Shown here one piece after another: positions 36,667 to 49,245 of a DNA stretch of 64,000 nucleotides. The stretch is taken from contig JAKMXF010000310.1 of the NCBI GenBank assembly GCA_024704765.1, positions 248,001 to 312,000 of the forward strand. Reading direction: 5' to 3'. Every line of letters begins with the position of its first letter. Within the stretch, counting starts at the first letter, position 1. The position numbers and the translations under genes were made by a program. The notes below the pieces were generated by a model. The model was given only the letters and a program-made list of their open reading frames with translations. It had not been told where the DNA came from and made no database searches. The stretch is from Oopsacas minuta. Taxonomy: Eukaryota > Animalia > Porifera.

Positions 36667-37670
36667 ATGGAATATACATTGGAGGAATACAAACGTACTG
36701 TCGGAAGGTTTTCACTACGTCAGATGGAAACAAATAAGGTGTGCTTTATTCAGAGGTGGTTGCAAAGGAACATGTAAACTCAATCGTGAAAGAGATCTGA
36801 TTACTCCCTTAAATTCGCATAATCATGACCGTGAGGCGTAAAAAACTGAATTATTCGCTCTCAAAACAAATGTAAGACAGTTGCAAGGAACTCGCAAATG
36901 AATCTCTGGAAGGTTTTCAATGATGTGACAAGAGATGATCCACGGGCATGTGAAATATCTTTTTCAGAATGCGAATCCACGATGTTTCGGGCGAGAAAAA
37001 CTCTAGAACCTAAGATCCCACAGACAACTTTGGAATTTAGTGACATGATAACAACTAAAAACTTCGGGAAGTATTACAAATTTAGCGTCTCTGTTTGCAA
37101 TGAATTTGGTGTGGTATTCTTTCAGAGCCGATGAAAGATTTGTTATCACAAATTACCAACATACAATCCATTCAAAACTCAAGTCAAATATACATACAAG
37201 TCATCCCAGGTCATGGAGTTTTATTGAAGTTCTAAACAACATAATTCAGGATGTGGACAATGATGTTGGTCGTTTGTGCCAAGGCAGAGAAATTAGTAGG
37301 CCCCCCAAAAACAATAATTTAATGAACTTTGAACGTAGGTGTACTTTGAAGCAAAAGTTAAGTAATGGAGATTACAATCCTTGGCAGTTCCTGGAAGCTA
37401 TCAGCCACACTATTGGAAATTCATATTCTCACTGCACTCTGACCTCGAGCGATAGCGAATTTTTGGACAACGAATCCGCAGATGAAGGGCCTACAGAAGA
37501 AAACAAATGCATTGTTTGTTTGGGTCAACGTACAGCCACTTGGATATTCATGCCTTGCTGGCACGCTTGTTGTTGTACCAGATGCAAGCCAGAGGATTAA
37601 AGATCTAGGCCAGCCGTGCCCTATATGTCGCTCAGATATTGAGAACACATTTCAAATATTTATTAATTAA
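36667..37670 (+). pseudogene. internally deleted MULE-RING transposase paralogue
   Basis: MEYTLEEYKR...RCALFRGGCKG...HNH; VFNDVTRDDP and FSECESTMFRARK; DDE core missing at about 37135; C-terminal CIVC...PCWHACCC..C...CPICR. Confidence 0.8.
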
Positions 37671-37811
37671 TTCAAGTTATTGTTGTGTTTTCAGTCAATT
37701 AAACTCATTCATATTCATTTAGTAAGGGACCCCATTCTAACAAAGCATGCACCCCACATGACACCACTATAACATTTATTTCTTTATTAATCTACTACAA
37801 CCAAAAGGAGG

Positions 37812-38238
37812 TATTAAAAGTACAATGGACATCTCCATTAGATAAACTGCATGTACGTGTTCATGACTAGTGTCATTGTACATAGGAGATCCCCTCCCTC
37901 CCGAGGTATTAAAATGTCTAGTGTGCATACTCACAGAGTCACGTTACGATCGTAACGAATCGAAGAGATAATGCCAATTTCTCTTCACTTATTGTGAGAT
38001 AAATCCACTTACAAACAAAATTGTCTCTATTTTAAGAAATTTCCAATTCAACACCATGAAGCACTCCTTCTATCGCTACTCTAGATACTAAGCATGCACT
38101 CTAGACTTAGAGTTATGAGCATACGCACTCGATTTTTTAATACCTCAGGAGGGAGGGGATCTCCTATGTCCAATGACACTAGTCTTGAACACGTACATGC
38201 AGTTTACCTAATGGACATGTCCACTGTACTTTTTAATA
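37812..38238. mobile_element. foldback element with ~125-bp TIRs (pogo-like TA|CA(A/G)TGGAC core)
   Basis: 37812-~37933 is the inverted copy of ~38116-38238. Confidence 0.75.
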
Positions 38239-38299
38239 TATGACCAAAAGATATTCTCAGAATTATTGTGATTACAATTACGAAAAATTATGAATTGGC

Positions 38300-38370
38300 T
38301 ATTGACACCGAGCTGGCCGAATCCCATCAATTTTAAGGGGTCACGTGGGTGAAAAAGTTGGGAACCACTG
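38300..38370. mobile_element. solo hAT right end
   Basis: GGGGTCACG...AAAAAGTTGGGAACCACTG; no matching left end found. Confidence 0.5.
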
Positions 38371-38962
38371 TACTAGATAAATCATCATCTAATAGTGCAT
38401 AAGTAGGGTTAAATTCATTCTCATTCAGCTGAGGAGAGGGAGGTAACATAGCTATCGGTTCTTGGGATGGAAATACCTCTCATTCTCAATCATATCAAGA
38501 GGAGGAGAATAACTTGTAATGTTATCAATCTCCATCATCATTGGTGTTGAATCGCCCAGCTGATTTATATTTTTAGAGGATTGAAAAGATTGCAGGAGTC
38601 TCTGTACACCAGATGTTTGAACTTAATTTATAAATATCACAGAAAGAAACATCTTCTAACCACCAAGATGGTCGTAGTTCTTTGTTTCCCCCAATAATTT
38701 TTGATTTACCTGGAAATAGAGAGTTAGTAGATATTAAAAAGTTAATCGTAAAATATTACCCTAGTATTAGGAAACTAATTAATTAATTAGTTCATCTAAG
38801 GTACTTCAGCTAACAATTCCTAATAATAATGGATTGTTTCCATATAACACTTACCAAATAGACAAGACTAAAAATAGGCAGTTTGGCAATATATATATAT
38901 ATATACGTATACGTATACGTATATTCTATTTGCATATCTCTAAATTTGTTGGTATTATTTTG

Positions 38963-39920
38963 ATGGCTGAGCAAAATACATAACCAAGTCAGTTCAGGTT
39001 GATCAGATCGTCAACTATCCGAAAGGAGTGTTATAAACTTGTCGAAGGCGGTTTTATCTATAATAAACAGAGTGTAATTGGGGATGTTACACTGGCAATG
39101 CGAGAAAATAAGGATATGTAAAGCAAGGCTCCATACTAAAATGAATGAAATTGTTAAGCTTACTGGAGAGCATCTTCATAGTCTAGACATATTGGCTGTC
39201 AATTGCTTAGAAGTGAAGGATAGAATGAAACGTAAAGCTCGTCAAACACATGACACAACTCATCATATTCTTAGAGACGAATTGAAAATAATTACTGGTA
39301 CAACGGCTGCAAAACTACCAAAACTTGATAGCATGAAGCGTACCATTCGTAGAGAAAGGCAGGTACGAGATATAGCCCCGTTCAACCAGAAAGTCTTCAT
39401 GATCTTGCCATTCCTCATGAGTTTACGATAACCGCTAAAGAGGAAAACTTTCTGTTATATGATTCCGGTCCTGAACTAACCAGAATTCTAATATTTGGGA
39501 CCCAGAAGAACTGTGATATGCTAACATCATCCAATATTTGGCTAGCAGATGGAACTTTCAAAACGGCACCTCAACTTTTCGCTCAAGTATATACAATACA
39601 CACGTTACGTGGAGGTCCAAACCGATCCCAAATGGAATTCCTCCAAGGGATTGTACTCAGATTCACTTTTGGAACAAATTATGACGAGTTATAGGGTATA
39701 CTACTATGATATTCTATCATTACTTATGCATCATTACTCGTCTTTTGTTATTTTGACTTATTATTAAATTTAGCAGAATATATATACACATCACTTTAAA
39801 TCAGTAGAAAACATGTATTTATATCACAAAGTACCGAAATTGTAATATTTATCATGTAGTCATTTGCCCGTAGTCATTTGTCCGTAGTCATTTGTCCATG
39901 TAGTCATTTGTCCGTATCCC
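38963..39920 (+). pseudogene. truncated FLYWCH-MULE transposase with one terminal repeat array
   Basis: LVEGGFIYNK.../LHWQCEKIRICKARLHT...EHLH; WLADGTFKTAPQLFAQVYTIH; four GTAGTCATTTG(T/C)CC units at 39856-39913 ending in GTATCCC. Confidence 0.8.
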
Positions 39921-40264
39921 ATTGTAACAGATTTGTCCAACAAGGTAAACCATTTGACGGAGAAATTAGAAGAAGAGTCAGAAGCAAGAGCAGAGATAGA
40001 ACGGAACGCTGCGAACGACAGACTAGAAAAATATATAATGGAGGAGAAATAGAAGAAATGCAGGACAGCATCTTTACATTGACGAACAAAATGACCGAAA
40101 TATTCCCATGAGAGGTAATTTACTATATATCTATACCACAGCCTCCGAATGTATAGCCTGATCACCGGGATAGAATTTCCTGGACCATTGATTACTTCAA
40201 GTCTATTAAAACACTAGAATTTGCAATTCCAACTGAATGTTGGAAATTGTCCTAAAACTGAGTA

Positions 40265-40953
40265 CAGTGGAAGCCGCTTAATCGGGACAGCTTGGGAGTC
40301 AATGTTTTGTCCCGATTAACCGATTATGATTATTGAAGTATTCAAAACTAGTTTTTCATTGTCACATGACCAGATATATCTTATTTCTCTATTACTAATC
40401 CTGATTTATCTAGGTCTAGTAGAGATTTGGTTGTAGTATGGGTATAGTTCCGCTTCAAGAGGTCATAGAATGCCTTACGGTATATACTTAGAAAGTAAGA
40501 AAATATAGTTTAAATAATAAAGCATGTGCTTATTACTGCAACCCATGCAAAACGTTTGGATACCCAACAGTCTGGTCAATATTGAGGGAATTATACATGG
40601 TGGAATAGCCAGTGGAACCTGAGGCGAGTGAGCAATATTAATAATCTTAGTTTATTAAATGGTAATCGCATCGGTGTTGTATTGTTATAGTTGTAGAGAA
40701 TATTCAAATTCCGAGTTCTAGAACAAACCATTTTACAATGATTCTGAATAAATATACAATAGTAAAATTGAGATAGAAATCCCAATTAAGCGAATATAAT
40801 TAATATCCGGTTAATCGGGATAAGAAATCCCGATTAACCGATTCGATGTCCCAATTATCCGACGATTTTCATGTAAAAAATCTGTTCCCAAACCATTGTC
40901 CCGTTTAAGCGGATACCCCGATTATCCGAGTCCCGATTAAGCGGCTTCTACTG
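40265..40953. mobile_element. pogo/Tigger-type non-autonomous element (689 bp)
   Basis: TIR CAGT(G/A)GAAGCCGCTTAATCGGGAC (23/24); TA TSD; internal CCCGATTAA repeats. Confidence 0.88.
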
Positions 40954-41294
40954 TAACTGTATTTAGTCCTAAAAAAACATTGAAATTTGTCGTAAATATG
41001 AGTCACTGGACTTTATAATACAAATTTTCTTGAGGGACGTGGATTAGTAGATATAACAGCTAAAACTGTTAACACAAGTCAAGGACGGCGCAACCGGTCA
41101 GGCGCTTTTTGGCTTGGCCTGTAGACATAACAGACTCTATTATACTCAGATTGCTACAGATATAACAGACTGCTGTGCTCTAAGTCTCTGGTTGCTACAG
41201 ATTTAATAGACATTTAGAACGAATCGAATTTCGACTAATTTGTTTACTTTATATTCATTAAACTACAATAAATTTGAAAAATGAGAAATTCTGG

Positions 41295-41590
41295 TTCAGC
41301 GTATTGTGTTAACCCCGTGTAGCCATTTAGAGCAAGCCTGTACGTATATTTTGAGATTTGGATAATTTTGTTTAATTTATATTCATAAAAATAACAATAA
41401 ATTTACATATGATTAATCTCAAAGGTGTGAAAATGGGATTCAGCATGTCGATATATTTAGTGAAGTTTTATTGAATTCTATTTACTTCCTTGATAAACAC
41501 GATAAATACATAGTCATGTGACAATTTCAAAACTGCATACCGTAAATCCTTTCCTTGACAAACAGAAAACAACAATTGAGATTTAATAAT
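41295..41590 (+). repeat. dispersed ~300-bp repeat family; other copies at ~50755-51058 (+), ~59912-60180 (-), ~42992-43130 (+, partial), ~2316-2400 (-, partial)
   Basis: Shared blocks GTGTGAAAATCGGATTCAGCATG and ACAATTTCAAAA(C/T)TGCATACCG. Confidence 0.8.
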
Positions 41591-43636
41591 ATAGATACAT
41601 TGAGAAAGTGAGTAAAATTCAAGATTGACTTGATCAAACTGAATATCAGTATTCATGAATAGCAACCTAACCAAATACTGATAATATTCGGTTTGGACCA
41701 ACCGAATATTGAACTATTCGGTTGCAACTTTGTTAAAATTCCTATCTTTATTATTTAAAAGTTACAAGATACCCTTTGTTAAGTATGTATCAAGCAAAAT
41801 AAGTTTTCTTAATCTTTAATGGATGCCTAAGCTGTGTGATATGTATTGTATTGTTATTCTTAATGTGGCCTAACCACACTTTGTGGCAATTCCTCACTTA
41901 CAGAGGCACGTTTACACCGAATATGACACGATTTGCCTCACGAGATAATGTCTCAAACTACTTGAATACTTACTGAGGTAATGCTATTGTAACATAATCG
42001 TAATAACAATGAAGAGGACATTAATTCATTTTACGTGTCTATAAAGTTAATTAAGAGAAATGGTTAAGTTAATTATAACAATTATCTGAAATAACAAATA
42101 CAGTATTACTGAGATCACTGTATAAAGTGCATATGTCGTCATGACGACAAACTGCTTAATGACAAATGCATCATTCATTGTGTTAATTGCAACATCAGCC
42201 CATATTTGACAATTAGTTTCTAATATCTAGCTAGTCGGTATTTTTTGCTGCAGATTTGCAAAAGTCCAAATAAGGTAGTAAGTTTGTTATGCAAGATAGT
42301 ATAATTAATAATTAATAATGGCTTTATATTCGTAGCAACAAATAGCAATATTCCACGGAAAGTAGGAATATTACTTTTTCTACAAAGATATTTTCCCTAG
42401 CATTAATGTCAGACATACTATTATGGAATGGTTTGGATGCTTGTTCCCCCTTGGCTGTTGGTTGGTGTATTTGAAGCGATATTGGCATGTGTAGAAGGAA
42501 TCTTATCGACTAGCAAATTAAGATGCGTTTACTGTGGTATTTGGAATGAGGTGAAGATTTCCCTTGAATTAGCATCAAACATGCCATAAGGGATTAATTC
42601 GATAATTATAACTGCCGGAATAAGTTGGAAATACACCTCATTAAAATTTCATAATGCACTAAGTTAGCTTGCTCGCGCTGTGTGGCTTACGAACTCTTTG
42701 TGTTCGGATGGGGGCTCGGCACTTTGTGCCTCGAATTGAGCAAAGTATAAAGTAGCAACATATTCACAATAGGTTGGTGATAAATTCATATTTGTAATCA
42801 GCGTACCCGATTACCCCACTATAACGGTTGAACGCAAGTTTCTAGGATTAATTAGAAAATTGTTTCTTGATACACCTAAAATATAACAAATATTCATACT
42901 ACGTAGTTGAAAATATCATATTTGGATTCAGTGTACTTGGTTACTCCTATATATCTGTTGAGAGCAAGTCTCTAAGTATATTTCGACAATTCAACTATTT
43001 GTTTACTTTATATTCATAAAAACAATAATATATTTACATATGAGTAATCTAAAAGTGTGAAAATCGGATTCAGCATGTTTGATATATTTAATGAAGTATA
43101 GTTATGCGACAATTTCAAAATTGCATACCGACAGCAAAATTATTAAAGATCTTTTCAGAGCATAAAATTCATGAAATTTTAAACAATAAATGTGACAAGA
43201 ATATCTATTGAGAAGTAAAATGTATTAATCTATAACTAGAACGGCAAAATTCACAAGACATATATAGATATAATTGACAAATCAAACATGTACTACGTGT
43301 AACGACAAATCTCTCCTGTCTTTCTCTCCGCAATCAGAATATGTTTCTATATAATAAAGTAAACTTCCTTTCTCTGAAGGTTGATTTTCGTGGTCAAGTA
43401 TCGGGTTGTGAATAAATATTACAGAAATTACAGATCCAATAGATAGATTCGATAAATGAATAGGTGAAGGTTACAAGAATCTAGCGAATATCAGCATTAC
43501 AGTGGCCGAAATAGACTAATCAATCATGAGACTATTTAACATAACATAGGGTAAGTACACCTCGATTCTGGTGTCGAAAAATATAAAAAGAAGGAAAATT
43601 CAGTCATTCAAGAAACAGAAAAACAACTCTTCAAGG

Positions 43637-43981
43637 ATGGCAACTAAAAGAACGATCGATCAGATGCTAAGCGAGGCAGACATAACGGGACTCGACATAA
43701 AAGAGTTGAACAAAAAGCTAAAAGAAGATCGGGTCCCAAAATGCGAACAGCAGCACATTAAAAAGCAAAGGCGAAGAATTAAGATGAAGACTTATCGCAA
43801 GGATAGCCGCCAGCGCAAAGCAAAGGAGTATGAATCGCTCGAGCACGAACGCGCAAGGCTTGCAGCGATTCTTGCGACATTGCAGCATGAAGTAGTACAG
43901 CTTAGGGACCGTAGATCTGCGATAATGCATCAGATTATGGATGTCGAAGGGAGTGACGAAGAGTTCCTGATCGTAGATTAA
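43637..43981 (+). CDS. small Maf/CNC-like bZIP protein, 114 aa, intronless, atypical basic region
   Basis: ATG 43637; SEADITGLDIKELNKKL resembles the Maf extended homology region; IKKQRRRIKMKTYRKDSR basic region; Leu heptads follow. Confidence 0.75.
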   Translation: MATKRTIDQMLSEADITGLDIKELNKKLKEDRVPKCEQQHIKKQRRRIKMKTYRKDSRQRKAKEYESLEHERARLAAILATLQHEVVQLRDRRSAIMHQIMDVEGSDEEFLIVD

Positions 43982-44544
43982 GCAGCATCTTCAAAGCGCC
44001 AAAATTTTATGTATTTAAATACTAAATTCTAATAATTCGATTTTAATGAATATTAAGAGCAATAAAATATAAATTTAGTCAACTTTTCAAACTCAATATT
44101 CTTATTCGAATGGATATTCTGGTTTTGTACTATAATCCTCTGAAATTTGAGCCAGATTTTCAAGGATAAATTAAGTGAAGACAAGAAATTGAATATGATC
44201 ATCGTGTAAGATATAAATTAAAAATCTGCTTAAGGACATGGGAGGAGCACAGTTGTAGCATACACTGTGTAGTCAATTGATAGATGAGGGTAACATAATA
44301 ATAATAACGTCTCCAGCTAGCATCATTTTGCTTCTACCTATACAAGTATAGCTATATACTCATTAAGTATTTTAAATATATTCTGAATCTCAAATGTTTA
44401 AAGTATAATCATGGAGTTTGAAGGGAATTAGATAGAATACTCAATTAAGGAGGACTGATCACTACCATTGTTAAGGTATATTGTTTAATGTTAATTTTGT
44501 TTGCAATTAAAGTAGACTCCGCATTATTGAAATTAGTTTAGGGC

Positions 44545-45543
44545 AATGTTACAGTATTGATATCTTAAACCTAAACATAGAAGTCCTGTGTTAGCAAAGT
44601 GAGGTAAGATGATTTATAGTAAAGGTAACGAATTTATATTAGGAATGCAAACGTAGTAATTAATTCCATTGATGGAGAAGATGCGAAATTCATTTGTATG
44701 TTTGCCAGTAAACATGGAAAGTCACCTGTGTAGTTCTATTTAAATGTTGCAACTGTATTATTTCAGCTTGCATTGTCAGCTAAAATATTTTTTGCTACAT
44801 TGTTATATTCTCTTTACTAACGATTCTTCATTTTAACAATGGATCCTGATTAGCCCTCTTTCCGGCTGGTCAGAACAAACAAGGGAGGACAGAAGCTGTT
44901 AGAAGGAGGATACCAATATTTGACGCATAGGAGAGTTGGAGAGAAATGACACATTAGCAGCGTGAGCAGAGAGGAGAGTGTAAAGCAAGGGTTCGCACGA
45001 AGGGAATGGAGATAGTGAAGCGTACGAATGAGCATCTGCATGCACTTGATATGCAAGCCGTAGCCTGCACATCAGGTGCATGCAGATGCTCATTCGTACG
45101 CTTCACTATCTCCATTCCCTTCGTATGAACCCTTGCTTTCTCTTTCCCTCTCTCTCCATGCCAATCTGTCAAATCTTCTCTCTCCTACCTCTCTCCGGAT
45201 TTCATCCTAATTCCTGACGGTGCAGCTACCAATTGAAGTGGACAGTGGTCGAAATGTGGTAGCTGCACCCAAGTAGAACTTAGTTTAGTTTTTAGTTTCT
45301 ATTTGTTTTGTTTTGTTTAGTTTTCTATTTGTTATTAGATAAATGTTTAATTAATTAATTATATTTCTTGTAAGTTACTTATTAATAATACAAGTAGTCA
45401 TATTTAAACTGGGAAACTAGAATTTATAAAGAGCTTTGGCTCAGTAATCTGACAAAAGCAATGAAATATAAACTTAAAACATTTCTAATTGGCCATCTGT
45501 ACATTGGCTTAGTCAGGGCTGGTTTCCCCTAATAGCGTAATCG
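44545..45543 (+). mobile_element. ~1-kb MULE-derived segment (copy of 57526-58528) with FLYWCH hairpin
   Basis: Collinear, highly similar to 57526-58528; lacks the TIRs seen around that copy. Confidence 0.85.
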
Positions 45544-45579
45544 ACTGAGAATTGAAATTCCATTCCCTTGGCGATCATA

Positions 45580-45695
45580 AGGGTTGCCATGGAAATGGGA
45601 ATTCTCATGTGGGAAATCCTATGGAATTCCCATAAAGATGCTCTGGGAATGGGATGGACATGGGTATTGAAATTCCGTTCCCAAGGCAACCGTGG
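45580..45695. mobile_element. hAT-like MITE (AGGGTTGCC...GGCAACC); related copy at 49869-49983
   Basis: Shared ends and internal GGGAAT/ATTCC motifs; no TSD recovered. Confidence 0.55.
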
Positions 45696-48414
45696 GTTCT
45701 ACTCTACCTGGGATGGAGAAATTAGGAAATTTTTGAATATCCAAATATAGCTTAGCAAAACATGATTTCATGGTGATTGAAGTTATTTAGTTGTTTGTTA
45801 AAAATAAAAATATACTTCGAATTGGTAGACATAATATTGACAGATTGCTCATAAAGTAAACACAAGCAATATATTAATTAAATTTTTTCACAATAATCAA
45901 TTGAAAATTTACACCAAATATTAATTAATTAGTTTTCAAAGTTCATCAAATTAATAACTATATCTTGTTTCCAATCATATACACCATAAAGTGTAGGAAG
46001 TTTAAAGTGAATAAATTAATCAATAGTTACCACGTAAGAACCATAATTCAGTTAAAAATAAATTAATAGAAGTGTAATCTATCCACAGCCATGAACTATT
46101 CGTTAAATAATTATAAGTTCAGGTTGAGTATAATACAAACACATCTTTGAGATTTATTGATTGCTCTCAAGTCTATTTAAATAATAATGCGCACCTAATC
46201 CGAAACGTGTTAAAATGTGAAGATATAATTACATACCAAATATTGATTTATTCTGACATTCAATTAAACTGAATTTTGGGTTCATAATTTTATGTCATAA
46301 ACTGATTATTGAAAAATGCAAAACATATTATGCCTTAGTGTTGGTGCTTTCCAAGAAACTAAATTAATAATTATCTACAAATACGATTTATAAAATGTAT
46401 TAAAATTCAATATATACACAGTACGAATAAGAAGTTATTTCTTTTCAAACAATTCTATGATATCAGAATAGACTTGTTTAGCTGCATGGATGTCCCATAT
46501 GAAATTTCAAATTTTAAAACTTCAGGCAGTTTACTTGATTGCTGATAGTACTTAGGTTATATAGAGCAATAGGTATTTGTATATTATATGGATCATATTC
46601 TGGAGGATAGGGCAGATTATATTGTCTCATATTTTCCTTCCACCGTAGTCAAAATGTTAACGGTATTCCATGATGGTGCTTGACCCCAATTTAGCATATT
46701 CTGAACAGAAGTACCTGCAGGCGTGTGTGATACGTAAACTATAAGGCAAGATTTGCTGAATCCAGTTATATAACATCTTCACAAATAAAAGCATCATTTT
46801 CCATGAACAAATCAGCAGCAGAATGAGTAAGCTTACCGCTACGTAAGAATGGAGACCAAGTAACTTCGATAGAAAAGTCAATACACAATTCTATAACCAA
46901 TCCTTTAACGTGGCCTGGAGCCATAGCTGCAAATATTTAATCTTAGAAGTAAGTTCTTTGTTAGAAGAGAATCCTAAAAACCCCAAAACAGTACCTTGAG
47001 TTTGAGTTATGTATTTAGCTGCAACTTTCCTGTGTTGTTCAATACCTAGTCAATTATCTGGAAGATCTACAACTCCTTTAGTAGCGATAGAGTTCCTACC
47101 ATGAGGAATAGGGTGATAGTTAGATTATATCCATCCTTTACGATGACGTGATGTTCCTCTCCTGGATATTTCCAGTCATGTTTGTTTCAGGGTCCCTTTT
47201 TATGGGAACTGGATGTACTCGGATTTGTAGAGGGGTAGAGATTGCATTTAGTATACAAATGAAAGAGAATGACAGCAGTACTACTGATTGGAGATGCATG
47301 GATGTGGTTGTCATGATATGTCTTAATGTTTAGTTGAGCAATTTAGACATTACCCACTTTGTTATTCTTTCTATTGCAAGGTTTAAAGTAAGAATAAATA
47401 ATAATGTTGTAAATTAAACATGATTAAGATCATAAACTTGTTTCTCTAATGGAGAAGATTGTATATTGATCCAAGTATGTCTAATAGGATATTTAATGAA
47501 TTTAGTTGGGTTTAAAGGCAGTAGTGTCTACACAAATTAGATTTAGTTGATGATACAATATTAAACAATACTCTGATAGACAATTTATGTGTCAATTAAT
47601 TATTAAATAATTATGCCACCATTTACAATATCCCAACCCACTCACTAGGATAGTTACACTTGACAAATATTGCGAGATGTAGACGACCATAATTAATATA
47701 TTGTAATGAATTCGATAAAGAAGACAAAATTAATTTACTACGCTAGAAATATATTACAAAAAGAAATGACTTAAATGTTCCTTTCAGTCATTTATTTGTG
47801 TAATATATTTCTGGTTGTTGGTAAGTGTATTAGGAGGAAGCGATTAGCTAGCTATATGCATACATACATAATAAGTAATTGCAACAGGTTTTTTAATAGA
47901 TTAGTTAGTGTTCTTGTTTCTAATCAGTGATTATGTGCATTTAGCTCAAAGATTGAACGATAGTGAAGAAATTTACATTATATTTATGTTAGGATTACCC
48001 CTGGATGCTGTAAAGATGTCTGACTACCTTTTGGTCGTTGGGTTGGAATAGATATATACTTGCTACATGGGACTCTGATCGGAGTTATTAAGGATATTGC
48101 CTATAATTGATGTCGGCCATAATTGGGCCACCCCCATGTCATTTATAGCCAGCCAGGATCAATTAAAGTCGGCTGTAGTAGGCGTTATATCCCAAAGTTG
48201 AAACTGCCCGAAATGAATATATAATCTATTCGCCAAATATTAATCGGGTGCAACCTTGGTTTATACAGCCCCATGAATAATTTGTAGGTTTAAATAAACC
48301 GAGAAACTTGGAAGGAAACAAGTTATTTATTTTATATTGCCCTTCTATTTTCAAACAATTTTTTGAGAGACACACATACAAATAGTGTTCTAATCCCTTT
48401 ATATATATAGCGTA

Positions 48415-48543
48415 CCTAGGCGCCGAATGGGGGATGGGGAGCTCGAGCCCCTCTCATTTGGTTACAGCCCCATAAGGCTAATACAAAAAATATGTGTGAG
48501 CCCCCCTGGATCGTTCAAATTGTTACAAAGTTCAGGACCCCTG
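48415..48543. mobile_element. older inverted copy of the 12790-12920 hAT MITE
   Basis: Matches the reverse complement of that element; flanks ATAGCGTA / GTAGTGTA (6/8). Confidence 0.75.
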
Positions 48544-48991
48544 GTAGTGTATTACATAATTTTCACGACCTAATATAATTATTGTAGGGATGTATTGGAA
48601 AGCAAAAACTAAGTCGATAACTGATGATATAATAAATGCTACTCAGAAATTTTTAAGAGAGAATATCCCATTCAGGGGCTTCAGGATACGTTATTGAACT
48701 ATATGTATACTAACAAACTGAGTCGTTATGGTATCACATATATCTTGGTCTGAGGTTCCAACATGCAGTAAAATATCTGATGTGCAAAGGGTCCATTAAA
48801 ACAACATTAACCTAAATAACTAAATTATCTAATTAATGAGATAATTAACTTTCAACGATACATTCCAAGTCTACATGGAACTAAATAATATCGATCCATT
48901 TTAGATCAAGATGATAAGTATATATTTTCCCGCTATATCAATACTTTGAACGTCACTGATATAAATACTTATACTTTGTAACTATTTACAA

Positions 48992-49245
48992 ATGAATACT
49001 AATAATCAACAAGTTTCTAACAGAGGGGGAGGGAGTGGTCGCAGACCTGGGCGTGGTGGCCATTTTCAATGGAATTGCTAAAAACGTACGAAAACATTAT
49101 AATGGTAAGCACACATTGTAATTACAATCTATATAAATCAGCCGTTCACCCTATATTTCAATTTAGTGCGAAAATGGGAGCCGTCAAAGGAGGCGGCAAC
49201 AACGACAGCGCCGCCAACAAGCCCAACAAACACAACAAACATAAC
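48992..49245 (+). pseudogene. small RG/Arg-Gln-rich protein gene, 2 putative exons, frameshifted
   Basis: MNTNNQQVSNRGGGSGRRPGRGGH / (fs) MELLKTYENIIM|GTAAGC ... TTTAG|CENGSRQRRRQQRQRRQQAQQTQQT*. A paralogous exon lies at 60538. Confidence 0.4.

Noticed and set aside
46880-46960. FSSNKELTSKIK/..APG as the pre-RT motif of a LINE
   Set aside because: Downstream sequence lacks the expected WK.A.I.PI.K and YRPISL motifs.
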